From contig DAOTTX010000245.1 in assembly GCA_034437515.1 (NCBI GenBank), forward strand, positions 2,753 to 66,752: 64,000 nt of DNA, written 5' to 3'. Numbering within the stretch: position 1 is the first letter of the stretch; every line of letters begins with the position of its first letter. The translations under genes were made by a program, and so were the position numbers. The notes beneath the pieces are model-generated. The model saw nothing but the letters and a program-made list of their open reading frames with translations. It was not told where the DNA came from and ran no database searches. The DNA is from Anaerolineae bacterium (GTDB taxonomy: Bacteria; Chloroflexota; Anaerolineae; Aggregatilineales; Phototrophicaceae). Below are positions 1 to 8,938 of the stretch, piece by piece.

Positions 1-459
1 GAGCACGTCAACGGCCTGGTCATAAAGTCCGCTGCGGGCGTACTGCTGCGCGACCGCGCCGGTCGTCAATTGTAGGCGGGCGTTTTCCACGCCGCGATGG
101 TCGAAATATAAATCTTTGAGTTGCTGAACAATCTCTTTGTTGTTGGGGTCTTGTTCGTAGGCGCGTTCCATATGCCAGATGGCATCTTCGGGGCGTGAGG
201 TACGGTTGTAGACCTCACTGAGCATGTAGTGGGCGTTGCGATCATTCGGTAGCACACTGAGTGTACGCCGTAGCGCCTCACCCGCTTCGCCCCACATAGA
301 ATCGCCCACGAGGGCTTGCGAAAGACGCTGGTAAGCGTCAATGTTCTTGGGTAATTGGCGCAAAATATGCTGGCAGTGATAGATCACCGCATCATAGGAA
401 GCATCTTCCAACATATCATCCAATTGTGCGAGATACTGTTTCAGGTTGATGTCGCTCAT
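1..459 (-). CDS. TPR-repeat protein, N-terminal part (C-terminus lies beyond window start)
   Basis: Absent from the ORF track because it is open at position 1. My minus-strand translation from ATG 459-457 reads MSDINLKQYLAQLDDMLEDASYDAVIYHCQHILRQLPKNIDAYQRLSQALVGDSMWGEAGEALRRTLSVLPNDRNAHYMLSEVYNRTSRPEDAIWHMERAYEQDPNN..., i.e. tandem TPR-like helix pairs. Confidence 0.6.
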   Translation of the reverse strand, partial: MSDINLKQYLAQLDDMLEDASYDAVIYHCQHILRQLPKNIDAYQRLSQALVGDSMWGEAGEALRRTLSVLPNDRNAHYMLSEVYNRTSRPEDAIWHMERAYEQDPNNKEIVQQLKDLYFDHRGVENARLQLTTGAVAQQYARSGLYDQAVDVL

Positions 460-587
460 TGACCTTCCCTGTGTTGCTTTGCCAGTCACCGGGCACTCTG
501 CAAAAATTATAACACATTCATCAGATCGTGCCTTAAGTCTACGAGACGTTTTCTGATGCGGCAAATGGAAGCGTCTATGAACTTGGT

Positions 588-1136
588 TTAGCCCGCGTTT
601 CCCATCCGGTTGTGAGCGGCATCCAGCGCCAACTGCGACGATTCAATCAATACGGCGATGTTCTGCCGCTTGCGAAGTTCCAGCGCCTTCTCAAAAAGAT
701 TGATCGCCTTGAGACAGTGCCCCTGGTCGAAGGCGTTCTTCCCAGCGTGCTGGTAGAGGAAATCGGCGTAATTCGGATCAGGCGCTTCGAGCAGTTGGTC
801 GAAGATCGCGTTGCTTTCCGCGTACCGCTGCTGCCATTGATAGACGTGCGCCAACCGGATGCGGTTGACGAAGATCGCACGCGGGTTGCCCAGCGTTTCA
901 CTGAGTTGCACGGCGCGTTCCAGCGCGACCTGCGCGGTGTCGAGGTCGCCGGTGATGCGGGCGAAGCTACCCAACTGCCCGTAAATGCGCAGCCGTTGGA
1001 TGGCGCTCAGATCAACGCGGTCGAGTTCGTCACGCAGGTGGGCTACCGCCCGCCGCATGTCGTCGGGGTCATTGGGCACCTCGCGCAGGGTTTCGGGGTC
1101 GATCTCGTAAGAGACATCAAATGGGAGTTGGTTCAC
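588..1136 (-). CDS. TPR-like helical repeat protein
   Basis: 182-aa ORF with TPR-like spacing (LGNPRAIFVNRIRLAHVYQWQQRYAESNAIFDQLL; YQHAGKNAFDQGHCLKAINLFEKALEL). Same strand as the neighbouring TPR gene. Confidence 0.5.
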   Translation of the reverse strand: MNQLPFDVSYEIDPETLREVPNDPDDMRRAVAHLRDELDRVDLSAIQRLRIYGQLGSFARITGDLDTAQVALERAVQLSETLGNPRAIFVNRIRLAHVYQWQQRYAESNAIFDQLLEAPDPNYADFLYQHAGKNAFDQGHCLKAINLFEKALELRKRQNIAVLIESSQLALDAAHNRMGNAG

Positions 1137-1162
1137 GATAAAATTACTTTCCTCGTTGCTTG

Positions 1163-1963
1163 TTATTCATCCAAAGAGAGCGGCAAAATCTCGATGTTCG
1201 TCCCGGCAGGGAAGGCCGCCGCCGGGAGCCAACCGTTACTGATCGGATAGTTAATCTTCACCCACTGGCTCAGGGTATCACGCCCGATAACCTGCACACC
1301 TTCACCAGCACGCACGGTGCCGATATCAGGGTAGTGGATGCCTGGCCCCATCTGCACGATGACGGTGTTCACCACGCGCCAGGGTGCGCCCTGTGACAGC
1401 GCGGCGAGCAGTGCACTTTCCGGCACGGGGAACGGCGCGAGGTCGAAGTCTTCCGGCAGCGCACCGTCGAAGATCCAACCGGTGCGCCTGTTCGGGATTT
1501 GCACCTGCGCCCAGGTGTTATCACCATTGCGCCCGATCACCGTGACCGTTGTGCCGCCCGGTAGCCCGTTGAGGATGTCGAACACCGTCCCCGGCCCGGC
1601 ACGCACGTTGACGTCTTGCGTCACACGGATCGTCTCGCCGCTGATCTGTGCGGGTGCCTCGATTGGCTCGATAGGTGTGCCTTCGGTTGCCTCGGTAGGG
1701 ATAAAATACTCGGCGAACACCCAGCCGGGCTGTTCCGGTGTCAGTTGGATCTGCCGCCAGTCCCCGGTTTCGTTTTCCCCGATAATGGGGAACACATCAC
1801 CAATGACGATGACGGTTAAAATATCACTTTCGGTAGTGGGGGCCGCCCGCACGTTGAGCCGACCGACGACCACTTCGCCGAACGTCGCCTCGTCGTTCAT
1901 CTCTTGTGCGTGCAGTGGTGCTGCAACGATGAAGATCAGGAGTAACGTTATAACGCGCAGCAT
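1163..1963 (-). CDS. secreted protein with three bacterial SH3 (SH3b) domains
   Basis: Signal-peptide-like MLRVITLLLIFIVAAPLHAQE preceded by an AAGGA RBS. Three SH3b-like modules (GRLNVRAAPTTESDIL..GDWRQIQL; VNVRAGPGTVFDIL..NTWAQVQI; IGTVRAGEGVQVIGRDTLSQWVKINY). Start placed at internal ATG 1963, not ORF-track 2002. Confidence 0.7.
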   Translation of the reverse strand: MLRVITLLLIFIVAAPLHAQEMNDEATFGEVVVGRLNVRAAPTTESDILTVIVIGDVFPIIGENETGDWRQIQLTPEQPGWVFAEYFIPTEATEGTPIEPIEAPAQISGETIRVTQDVNVRAGPGTVFDILNGLPGGTTVTVIGRNGDNTWAQVQIPNRRTGWIFDGALPEDFDLAPFPVPESALLAALSQGAPWRVVNTVIVQMGPGIHYPDIGTVRAGEGVQVIGRDTLSQWVKINYPISNGWLPAAAFPAGTNIEILPLSLDE

Positions 1964-2137
1964 TGCGTTTATCCTTCGAGTTAAAATCAGTTCGCCTGTC
2001 ATTATACGTGCGATGCGTTAAACTTTCATGAACCGTTGTGTTGTGCATTGTGCATCTGTCGAATTTGCCGCCACATAGTAGAATAGTGACACGTTAGTTC
2101 TAAAAGGAGACAAGCGGGATAGTTACCGCGATGACTT

Positions 2138-3817
2138 ATGGATTACGAACCGCAAAATCTGGATGACTGGTTCCCACGGGATGTCAACGGACGCCCGGTG
2201 ATGCTCGACGAAGACTCGCGGCTTGGGGTGGTGGTCGGTGGCTCGTTGAGTAAAGGGCTGCTGGTCAAGGTGGATTCGTCGCAGTCCATCGAAGACCTCG
2301 CCGTCGGGCGTTATGTGGTGGTGCATGGGCACAACAAACGCTTCTTCTGCATGGTGACCGACATCGAACTGAACAACACCAGCCCCGGCATCGAGGACGA
2401 CCCGCCGGATATGAGCGACCCGTTTATGCAGGCCGTCTACAGCGGCACGGTCGCCTATGGCACGGTCTACGTCGCGCCGATGTTGAGCATCGAGGCTGAC
2501 GGCACCCCGCGCCCGGTCAAAACCATCCCCAGCCACTTTACGAGGGTGGTCAACGCCTCCGAAGAGGACGTCAACGATGTGTTCGGGCAGGAAGACGGCA
2601 CCCACTTCAACGTCGGTGCGCCGCTGGAACTCGAACACACGCAGATTAATCTTGACCTCAAGCGTTTGGTGGAGCGTAGCGTCGGCGTTTTTGGCAAGTC
2701 CGGCACGGGCAAGAGCTTCCTGACTCGCGTGCTGCTCAGTGGCGTGATCGCTCGTGGGATCGGCGTCAATTTGATCTTCGATATGCACAATGACTACGGC
2801 TGGCAGATCACCAGCGAGAACGGTTATAACGTCAAAGGGTTGGCACAGTTGTTCCCCGGCAAGGTAACCATCATCACGCTTGACCCGGAATCGTCGCGGC
2901 GGCGTGATGCCAAGTTTGACTTTGCCGTCAAGCTGAGTTACAGCGACATCACGCCGGAAGACATCGTCATGTTGCGGGCGACCATGAACCTCTCCGACGC
3001 GATGGTTGATGCGGCCTACACGTTGAGCAAACGCTGGGGCGATAACTGGATCGGGCGACTCATCAAGGGGCGTATCGACGACATCGAAGACATCGTAGAG
3101 AACACCACCACCGCGTCCGGTACGCTGACCGCGCTGCAACGCCGCATGGAACGCTTCGAGCGGTGGGGCTTCCTCACCGAAGAACCCGCCGACGACAGCG
3201 TGACCGCCATCATCGACCTGCTGGTCAATCAAGAACGCAGCGTGGTGTTGGAATTCGGGCGCTACGGTAACTCGCTCGACGCCTATATGCTGGTGGCGAA
3301 TTATCTGACGCGCCGCATCCATGAGCAATACGTCGAGAAGATGGAGCGGTCGCTCGGTGACCAGTCGCTCGAACCACCACAGTTGATGATCGTCATCGAA
3401 GAAGCGCACAAGTTTCTTGATCCTGTGGTGGCCAGTCAGACCATTTTCGGCATCATCGCCCGTGAGCTACGCAAGTATAAAGTCACGCTGCTGGTGGTGG
3501 ATCAGCGTCCGAGCGCCATCGACGAAGAGGTGATGAGCCAGATCGGTACCCGCGTCACCGCGCTACTGGACAACGAGCGCGACATCCAGGCCGTGCTGAA
3601 CGGCGTCAGCGGGGCGGGCGGTCTGCGTGAGGTGCTGGCCCGGCTGGATACCCGCCAACAGGCCATCATCATGGGGCACGCGGTGCCGATGCCGGTCGTC
3701 GTGCGTACCCGCGCCTATGACGAGGACTTCTACACCTCCGTGATGCAATCCGCGACCCCGGTGAGCAAAAACGATGTGCGTAAAAGCCTGGGCAACAGCG
3801 GGCGCAAACGGATCTAA
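2138..3817 (+). CDS. HerA-like (DUF87/COG0433) P-loop ATPase
   Basis: HAS-barrel-like N-terminus (LGVVVGGSLSKGLLVKVD..VGRYVVVHG..FFCMVTDIEL). Walker A GVFGKSGTGKSFL, Walker B LMIVIEEAHKFL, then VVDQRPSAIDEEVMSQIGTRV. An in-frame stop at 2132-2134 fixes the start at 2138. Confidence 0.75.
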   Translation: MDYEPQNLDDWFPRDVNGRPVMLDEDSRLGVVVGGSLSKGLLVKVDSSQSIEDLAVGRYVVVHGHNKRFFCMVTDIELNNTSPGIEDDPPDMSDPFMQAVYSGTVAYGTVYVAPMLSIEADGTPRPVKTIPSHFTRVVNASEEDVNDVFGQEDGTHFNVGAPLELEHTQINLDLKRLVERSVGVFGKSGTGKSFLTRVLLSGVIARGIGVNLIFDMHNDYGWQITSENGYNVKGLAQLFPGKVTIITLDPESSRRRDAKFDFAVKLSYSDITPEDIVMLRATMNLSDAMVDAAYTLSKRWGDNWIGRLIKGRIDDIEDIVENTTTASGTLTALQRRMERFERWGFLTEEPADDSVTAIIDLLVNQERSVVLEFGRYGNSLDAYMLVANYLTRRIHEQYVEKMERSLGDQSLEPPQLMIVIEEAHKFLDPVVASQTIFGIIARELRKYKVTLLVVDQRPSAIDEEVMSQIGTRVTALLDNERDIQAVLNGVSGAGGLREVLARLDTRQQAIIMGHAVPMPVVVRTRAYDEDFYTSVMQSATPVSKNDVRKSLGNSGRKRI

Positions 3818-3933
3818 ATCTGCACTATAGTTACATTCTTGTGCCTATGTTTCAAAATAGTGCGTACTACACAAACCGCCCTTTGATACCGCATACTATA
3901 GATATACTTTTAGTCTACGAAGGAGCATATCTC

Positions 3934-4836
3934 ATGCGTGTATTGGTTTATGGTGGCACAGGCTCACAGGGTGGCGCGGTTGTACACAACTTGCTCAAGC
4001 AAGGTCACACCCCGGTCGTGCTGACTCGCAGCCCGGAGAAAATCGCAGAAATTGACGGGGCGGTCGCCGCTGTCGGTGATCTCGGCGATACTGACAGTCT
4101 GAAGACCGCACATGAAAACATCGACGCGGTATCGTTCATGATCCCGGCGTTTTTAGCAGACCCGATGCAAGCCCCGCAGTACGCCCGTAACGCCATCGAC
4201 GCAGCGAAAGACGCCGAGGTCGATCTGCTGGTTTACAACACCAGCGGTCCGGTCATCGAGGCGCGTATCGGCAACCCCATGTACGACATGCGCCTCGATA
4301 TAATCGACTACCTCAAACAGAGCGGCGTGCCGTATATCATCATCCAGCCGACGGCCTACATGGAAAATCTGCTCGGTCCGTGGACGCGCCCCATTGTAAT
4401 CGAGAAGGATGTGCTGCCCTACCCGGTCGAGGAAAATACGCCGTTGGGGTGGGTCGCCACCGACGACGTTGGTAAGTTGATCGTCGCGGCGCTGGAACGT
4501 CCCGAACTCGCCGGGCAACGCCTCATCGTCAGCGGCATCGAGAACGTGACCGGGCCGAAGCTGGCACAGCAATTCTCGCTCGGCCTCGGACGTGAAATCA
4601 CCTACTACTCCCAACCACTGGAAGAATTCGGCGCGGCGCTGGACGAAGCCTTCGGCCCTGGCGCGGGTGAGGGCGGTATTCAGGGGTATAAGTTCCAGCG
4701 AGAAAATGCCGATAAGATCGTGATGTGGACGGACATGCAGCCCGTGCTCGCCAAGCTACCCGTGCAGATGACCAGCATCGAGGACTGGGTGCGCCAGCAC
4801 GCTCCGGCCTTCAGCAAAGAGGCGCAGCCCTCATGA
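3934..4836 (+). CDS. NmrA-family NAD(P)-binding protein
   Basis: MRVLVYGGTGSQGGAVVHNLLKQGHTPVVLTRSPEK Rossmann GxxGxxG. AGGAG RBS at 3921-3925. The ORF-track 5' extension (3841) looks non-coding. Confidence 0.75.
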   Translation: MRVLVYGGTGSQGGAVVHNLLKQGHTPVVLTRSPEKIAEIDGAVAAVGDLGDTDSLKTAHENIDAVSFMIPAFLADPMQAPQYARNAIDAAKDAEVDLLVYNTSGPVIEARIGNPMYDMRLDIIDYLKQSGVPYIIIQPTAYMENLLGPWTRPIVIEKDVLPYPVEENTPLGWVATDDVGKLIVAALERPELAGQRLIVSGIENVTGPKLAQQFSLGLGREITYYSQPLEEFGAALDEAFGPGAGEGGIQGYKFQRENADKIVMWTDMQPVLAKLPVQMTSIEDWVRQHAPAFSKEAQPS

Positions 4837-5459
4837 GGATCGACATTTTCCACGATACGGCCTGCCCCTGGTGCCGCATCGGTAAGGCGCACCTGAAGCA
4901 AGCCCTCGCGGATTACCCGGAGCCGGTCGAGGTGCATTATCACACGTTCTTCTTGAACGGGAGCATCCCGCCGGAAGGCGCGGAATTCCGTGAGTACATG
5001 CTGGCGAAAGGCGGCGGGCAGGTTCCGCTGGAACAGTTCTTCGACGGGCCGCGCCGTGCCGGTGCGCGTGCCGGGATTACGTTCAACTTTGAGCAGATCG
5101 AGCACGCCCCTAATACGCTGGCCTCACACCGGTTGATCGCCATGACGCCGGAAGATCAACGTGAAGCCATGATCGACGCGGTGTATGCGGCGTACTTCGA
5201 GCATGGGCGCAACATCGGCGACCTCGATGTGCTGGCAGACATCGCCGCTGATGTTGGCCTCGACCGGGACGACATCAGCACCCGGTTGGGCACGGACGAA
5301 GCCGCCGCCGAAGTTATCGCCGAAGCACGTGAGGCTCAGCAAGGCGGCGTCAGCGGTGTGCCGTTCTTTATCTTTAACAATCGACTGGCGCTTTCCGGCG
5401 CACAACCGCCGGAGACCCTGCGCATGGCAATGGAACAAGCAGAGAAGGTGAAGGAATGA
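4833..5459 (+). CDS. DsbA-family (FrnE/HCCA-isomerase-like) thiol oxidoreductase
   Basis: MRIDIFHDTACPWCRIGKAHL carries a CPWC active site. ATGA start/stop overlap with the upstream NmrA gene. Confidence 0.75.
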   Translation: MRIDIFHDTACPWCRIGKAHLKQALADYPEPVEVHYHTFFLNGSIPPEGAEFREYMLAKGGGQVPLEQFFDGPRRAGARAGITFNFEQIEHAPNTLASHRLIAMTPEDQREAMIDAVYAAYFEHGRNIGDLDVLADIAADVGLDRDDISTRLGTDEAAAEVIAEAREAQQGGVSGVPFFIFNNRLALSGAQPPETLRMAMEQAEKVKE

Positions 5460-6085
5460 AAATCACAGTTTTCGGTGCCACCGGCAGAACGGGTATTCCA
5501 CTGGTGCGGCAAGCTCTTGACGCCGGGTATGAGGTGGTAGCGTTCGCCCGCACACCCTCCAAGTTGAACATCACACACGAGAATCTCTCGGTCGTGCAAG
5601 GGGACATCAAAGACCCCTCTGCCGTCGAGCAGGCCATCGTCGGTGCCGATGCGGTGCTGAGTGTGATCGGACATACCAAGAACTCCGCGAAGGATGTGCA
5701 GACGGTCGGTACACGCAACATCGTAAGTGCGATGGAAAAGCACGGTATCAAGCGCCTCATCAGCCTGACCGGGGCGGGTGTGAAAGACCCGAATGACAAG
5801 CCCGGCCTGATCGACCGTTTCATTGTGGTCTTACTCAAGCTGATCTCCGGCGATGTGCTGGAAGACGCCAAGAACCACGCGCAGGTCATCAAACAGAGCG
5901 ACCTCGAATGGACGATTGTCCGTGGCCCAATGCTGACCGAAGGCCCGCACACCGGGGACTATCGCGTCGGGTACGTCGGCGTGAACACCAGTCCGCGTGT
6001 CTCCCGCGCAGATGTGGCAGACTTCATGCTCACGCAGGTCGAAGACCAGACCTACCTCGGCAAAGCACCGATGGTCAGCGACTGA
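5456..6085 (+). CDS. NAD(P)H-binding atypical SDR (BVR-B/flavin-reductase-like)
   Basis: MKITVFGATGRTGIPLVRQALDAGYEVVAFARTPSKL. ATGA overlap with the DsbA-like gene. Confidence 0.7.
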   Translation: MKITVFGATGRTGIPLVRQALDAGYEVVAFARTPSKLNITHENLSVVQGDIKDPSAVEQAIVGADAVLSVIGHTKNSAKDVQTVGTRNIVSAMEKHGIKRLISLTGAGVKDPNDKPGLIDRFIVVLLKLISGDVLEDAKNHAQVIKQSDLEWTIVRGPMLTEGPHTGDYRVGYVGVNTSPRVSRADVADFMLTQVEDQTYLGKAPMVSD

Positions 6086-6120
6086 CTGACGAACGATGCA
6101 AACTCAACTTGTGCCTGCAA

Positions 6121-7188
6121 CTAACGCGGCGCGATGCACAACGTCCGCTGTCCCTCGATAGGTGCGGGGCAGCGGGTGGCGTTCGGGGAGATGCTGCTTT
6201 GTACGATAAATACATCTTCCCACGGGACGGTTTCGTCTTCCAGGGAGGCACGCCCCAATAATTGACACGGCTCCGGCACGGCGGTGCCTACTCCGCTGGC
6301 CTTCGTCACGTAGACGCACTGCCCCGGTGCCAGCACGTTCACCCGTCCGATTGTCGGTCGTGTGTCGTAGACGTCTATACCGGGGATGAGTGGCAGTACG
6401 GTCTCGTTTTCCCCCTCCAGGCGCATTGTCACCAAAGACATCAGGTAATCCTCACCGTTGTTCAAGACCAGCAACGTATCCGGTGTGTAGAGCATGTAGA
6501 CATGGTCGGTGTATTCTGGCGCGTCAGATGTGGACATATAAAACCGGCAGCGCAGCACCTCCCCGCCAGTGGAGGCCGGGTCGCAGCGTGTGCGTTCCAG
6601 CCCGTTCTGGATGATACGAAAAACACTATCGTTGGCGGGCGTCCAGAAGTGATCGCGGGCATCATTGGAGGTGAACCAGCGGGCGTAATCACCAGGGCAG
6701 CCCGATACACGTTTCGGGGCGTTCCGGTTGACCGACCATAACTGGACACATTCGCCAGCGCCCAGCGTTTGCCCCCAACGCAGCGCAAAAAAAACTTGAT
6801 CTGCGCCGGTAAACCATAAACTGTTCAGCGGCAGGGGAACCTCGCCCAGGTTGCGCAGTGTGATGTCGTTGTTATCGTAAACCAGTTCAGCGTTGAAGCG
6901 GCGTGGCACGGTCAGGTTGACCACCGTCGCGGCTTCGACCATTTCCCCGGCGGTGGTGGATTGCACCCGCACCACATCGCGCTCAATGCCGGATTCTGCC
7001 GTCCATTCGAGTTGAATCTCGCGCCCGAAGTTGATTTCAAGCTGATTAAGCCTCTCGATTGCATGGGGCAGCGTCATCCCGGTGACATCTGGCACGACGA
7101 TGCCTGTCGGTTCGGTTTGCTGCGCGATGCTCTCGCCGCCGAAAAACAGCAGACCGATCAAAATGAGTACATAGAATCGTGTTTGCAT
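6121..7188 (-). CDS. secreted PASTA-domain protein with duplicated Cys-containing C-terminal module
   Basis: Signal/TM MQTRFYVLILIGLLFFGGESIAQQ. PASTA-like IVVPDVTGMTLPHAIERLNQLEINFG..VVRVQSTTAGEMVEAATVVNLTVP. Start at internal ATG 7188. Confidence 0.55.
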   Translation of the reverse strand: MQTRFYVLILIGLLFFGGESIAQQTEPTGIVVPDVTGMTLPHAIERLNQLEINFGREIQLEWTAESGIERDVVRVQSTTAGEMVEAATVVNLTVPRRFNAELVYDNNDITLRNLGEVPLPLNSLWFTGADQVFFALRWGQTLGAGECVQLWSVNRNAPKRVSGCPGDYARWFTSNDARDHFWTPANDSVFRIIQNGLERTRCDPASTGGEVLRCRFYMSTSDAPEYTDHVYMLYTPDTLLVLNNGEDYLMSLVTMRLEGENETVLPLIPGIDVYDTRPTIGRVNVLAPGQCVYVTKASGVGTAVPEPCQLLGRASLEDETVPWEDVFIVQSSISPNATRCPAPIEGQRTLCIAPR

Positions 7189-7239
7189 GGTATCCAATAT
7201 GCTATAATCGCCTTTTCCACAACAGTCTATAAGAATATC

Positions 7240-8475
7240 ATGCAACCGATTACCCTGCTGCAAAATAAACGAATCGTTTTAGGCGTCACCGGCAGCATCG
7301 CCTGCTACAAGTCCATCGACCTCGCCAGCAAGCTCACCCAGGCCGGGGCATTGGTCGATGTGGTGATGACAGCGGCGGCGCGGCGCTTCGTCCAGCCGTT
7401 GACCTTCCAGGCGGTTACCGGACGCCCGGTGTACACCGATATGTGGGACGCCGACGATTCTGAGTTGTCTACGCACATCGCACACGTCGGCCTGGGCGAA
7501 GGCGCGGATCTGTTTGCGATCATCCCGGCGACCGCGCATACCATCGCGCGGCTGGCACAGGGTATGGCAGATGACCTCATTACCGTGACTGCGCTTGCCT
7601 CACGCTGCCCGTTGCTGATCGCCCCGGCGATGGATGGCGGCATGTACGAACATCCGGCGGTGCAGGCCAACCTGGGCACGCTAACCGAGCGCGGTGTGCT
7701 GGTGGTTGAGCCGGAAGAAGGCCGCTTCGCCTCCGGGTTGGTCGGTCTCGGTCGCCTACCGGAAACACCGACTCTGCTGGGTGCGATCCGTCGCGTGGTC
7801 GGGTGTGAGGCGGCGCTCTACGGCATGAAGGTCGTGGTCAGCGCCGGTGGGACGCGCGAACCGATTGACCCGGTGCGCTTCATCACCAACCGTTCCAGCG
7901 GCAAACAGGGCTACACCCTCGCACAGGCCGCGCTAGACGCCGGGGCGCGGGAGGTCGTGCTGGTCAGCGCGGCAGTCGGGCTGCCGGTGCCGGTCGGTGT
8001 GCGCTACATCGCTGTTGAAACCACCGCCGATATGCTGGAAGCCATCCAGACGCATAGCGGAGATGCCGACCTACTCATCATGGCGGCGGCGGTCGCAGAT
8101 TTTCGCCCGGTGCAAATCGCCGCGCAGAAGATCAAGAAGGGCGACGGTGGCTTAAATATCAAACTGATGCGCAACCCTGACATCCTGATGACGATTCGCG
8201 ATCAGCGTGAGCAGACCGGTTATCCGCGTATGGTGGTAGGCTTTGCGGCGGAAAGCGAGAACCTGGTGCAGAACGCCGCCGGTAAGCTGGAACGCAAAGG
8301 ACTCGACTTGTTGGTGGCAAACGACATCGCCGCGACCGATGCCGGGTTCGCTGTAGACACTAACCGGGTGATTATCCTCGATGCCGAAGGCGGGCAGCAG
8401 TCCTTTGACCTCGCCAGTAAGACCGTCATCGCAGAAGCAATCGTCGCCCGTGCTGCAACCTTATTCCGTGATTAA
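7240..8475 (+). CDS. coaBC: bifunctional phosphopantothenoylcysteine decarboxylase / phosphopantothenate-cysteine ligase
   Basis: N-terminal flavoprotein motif RIVLGVTGSIACYKS and CoaB motif FITNRSSGKQGY. About 410 aa from ATG 7240; the ORF-track extension to 6961 overlaps the divergent gene. Confidence 0.9.
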   Translation: MQPITLLQNKRIVLGVTGSIACYKSIDLASKLTQAGALVDVVMTAAARRFVQPLTFQAVTGRPVYTDMWDADDSELSTHIAHVGLGEGADLFAIIPATAHTIARLAQGMADDLITVTALASRCPLLIAPAMDGGMYEHPAVQANLGTLTERGVLVVEPEEGRFASGLVGLGRLPETPTLLGAIRRVVGCEAALYGMKVVVSAGGTREPIDPVRFITNRSSGKQGYTLAQAALDAGAREVVLVSAAVGLPVPVGVRYIAVETTADMLEAIQTHSGDADLLIMAAAVADFRPVQIAAQKIKKGDGGLNIKLMRNPDILMTIRDQREQTGYPRMVVGFAAESENLVQNAAGKLERKGLDLLVANDIAATDAGFAVDTNRVIILDAEGGQQSFDLASKTVIAEAIVARAATLFRD

Positions 8476-8494
8476 TTTGGGCAATCGTATATGG

Positions 8495-8857
8495 ATGAGT
8501 TTGGTATCATACTGACTTTGTTGAATGAAGAAAACGGATAGCTGGACCGCTCCCAAGCTCAAGTTTCAGTAGTTCACGAAAGTTGAGCAAATCTTGAAAA
8601 GTGGTCAAAGTTGGACAAAGTTAAGTCATTAAGGATTAATCATCAAACAACTTCGCCATTTGGTTTCACTACCGTACACTTTGGAGAAGTTGGTGGCAGT
8701 AGGATCACCTGGAAGCGTGGATGAGCTGCCAGCCAGTCTTCAACGGCCTGGGAGGTATGGAAGGACGCGCCATCCCAGACCAGGATAATCTCGCCCTACG
8801 GACAGGTGTCAGCGATCTGCTGTAACAATGCTAGCTCTATGTAGTTTCACTTTCTCA
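8495..8857 (-). pseudogene. IS630/Tc1-mariner-type DDE transposase, C-terminal relic
   Basis: Minus-strand translation gives YIELALLQQIADTCP*GEIILVWDGASFHTSQAVEDWLAAHPRFQVILLPPTSPK... This matches the IS630 DDE_3 pattern (ivlVlDNasfHksk.v.ewl..h.ri.l.fLPPYSPeLNP). It has an in-frame TAG, a later frame change, and no N-terminal two thirds. Confidence 0.55.
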
Positions 8858-8938
8858 GATACGACATTGTCGCGTCACCTCCCTCAGTTGGTTGTGCGAC
8901 GTTGTTGCACGCCATGCGGGAGTGGGTTCCATAAATCG

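Noticed and set aside
2123-3409. 428-aa ORF antisense to the HerA-like gene
   Set aside because: Arg/Asp/His/Val-rich composition with no motifs. This is the typical shadow ORF of a GC-rich gene, and the sense strand carries clear Walker motifs.
2138-3817. Calling the HerA-like gene part of an anti-phage defence island
   Set aside because: There is no adjacent effector, nuclease, methylase or mobile-element context. The neighbours are ordinary exoprotein and redox genes. Retained only as a moderate-interest orphan.
6961-7239. 93-aa 5' extension of coaBC
   Set aside because: It overlaps the divergent PASTA gene. CoaBC homologues start near the GVTGSIACYKS motif.
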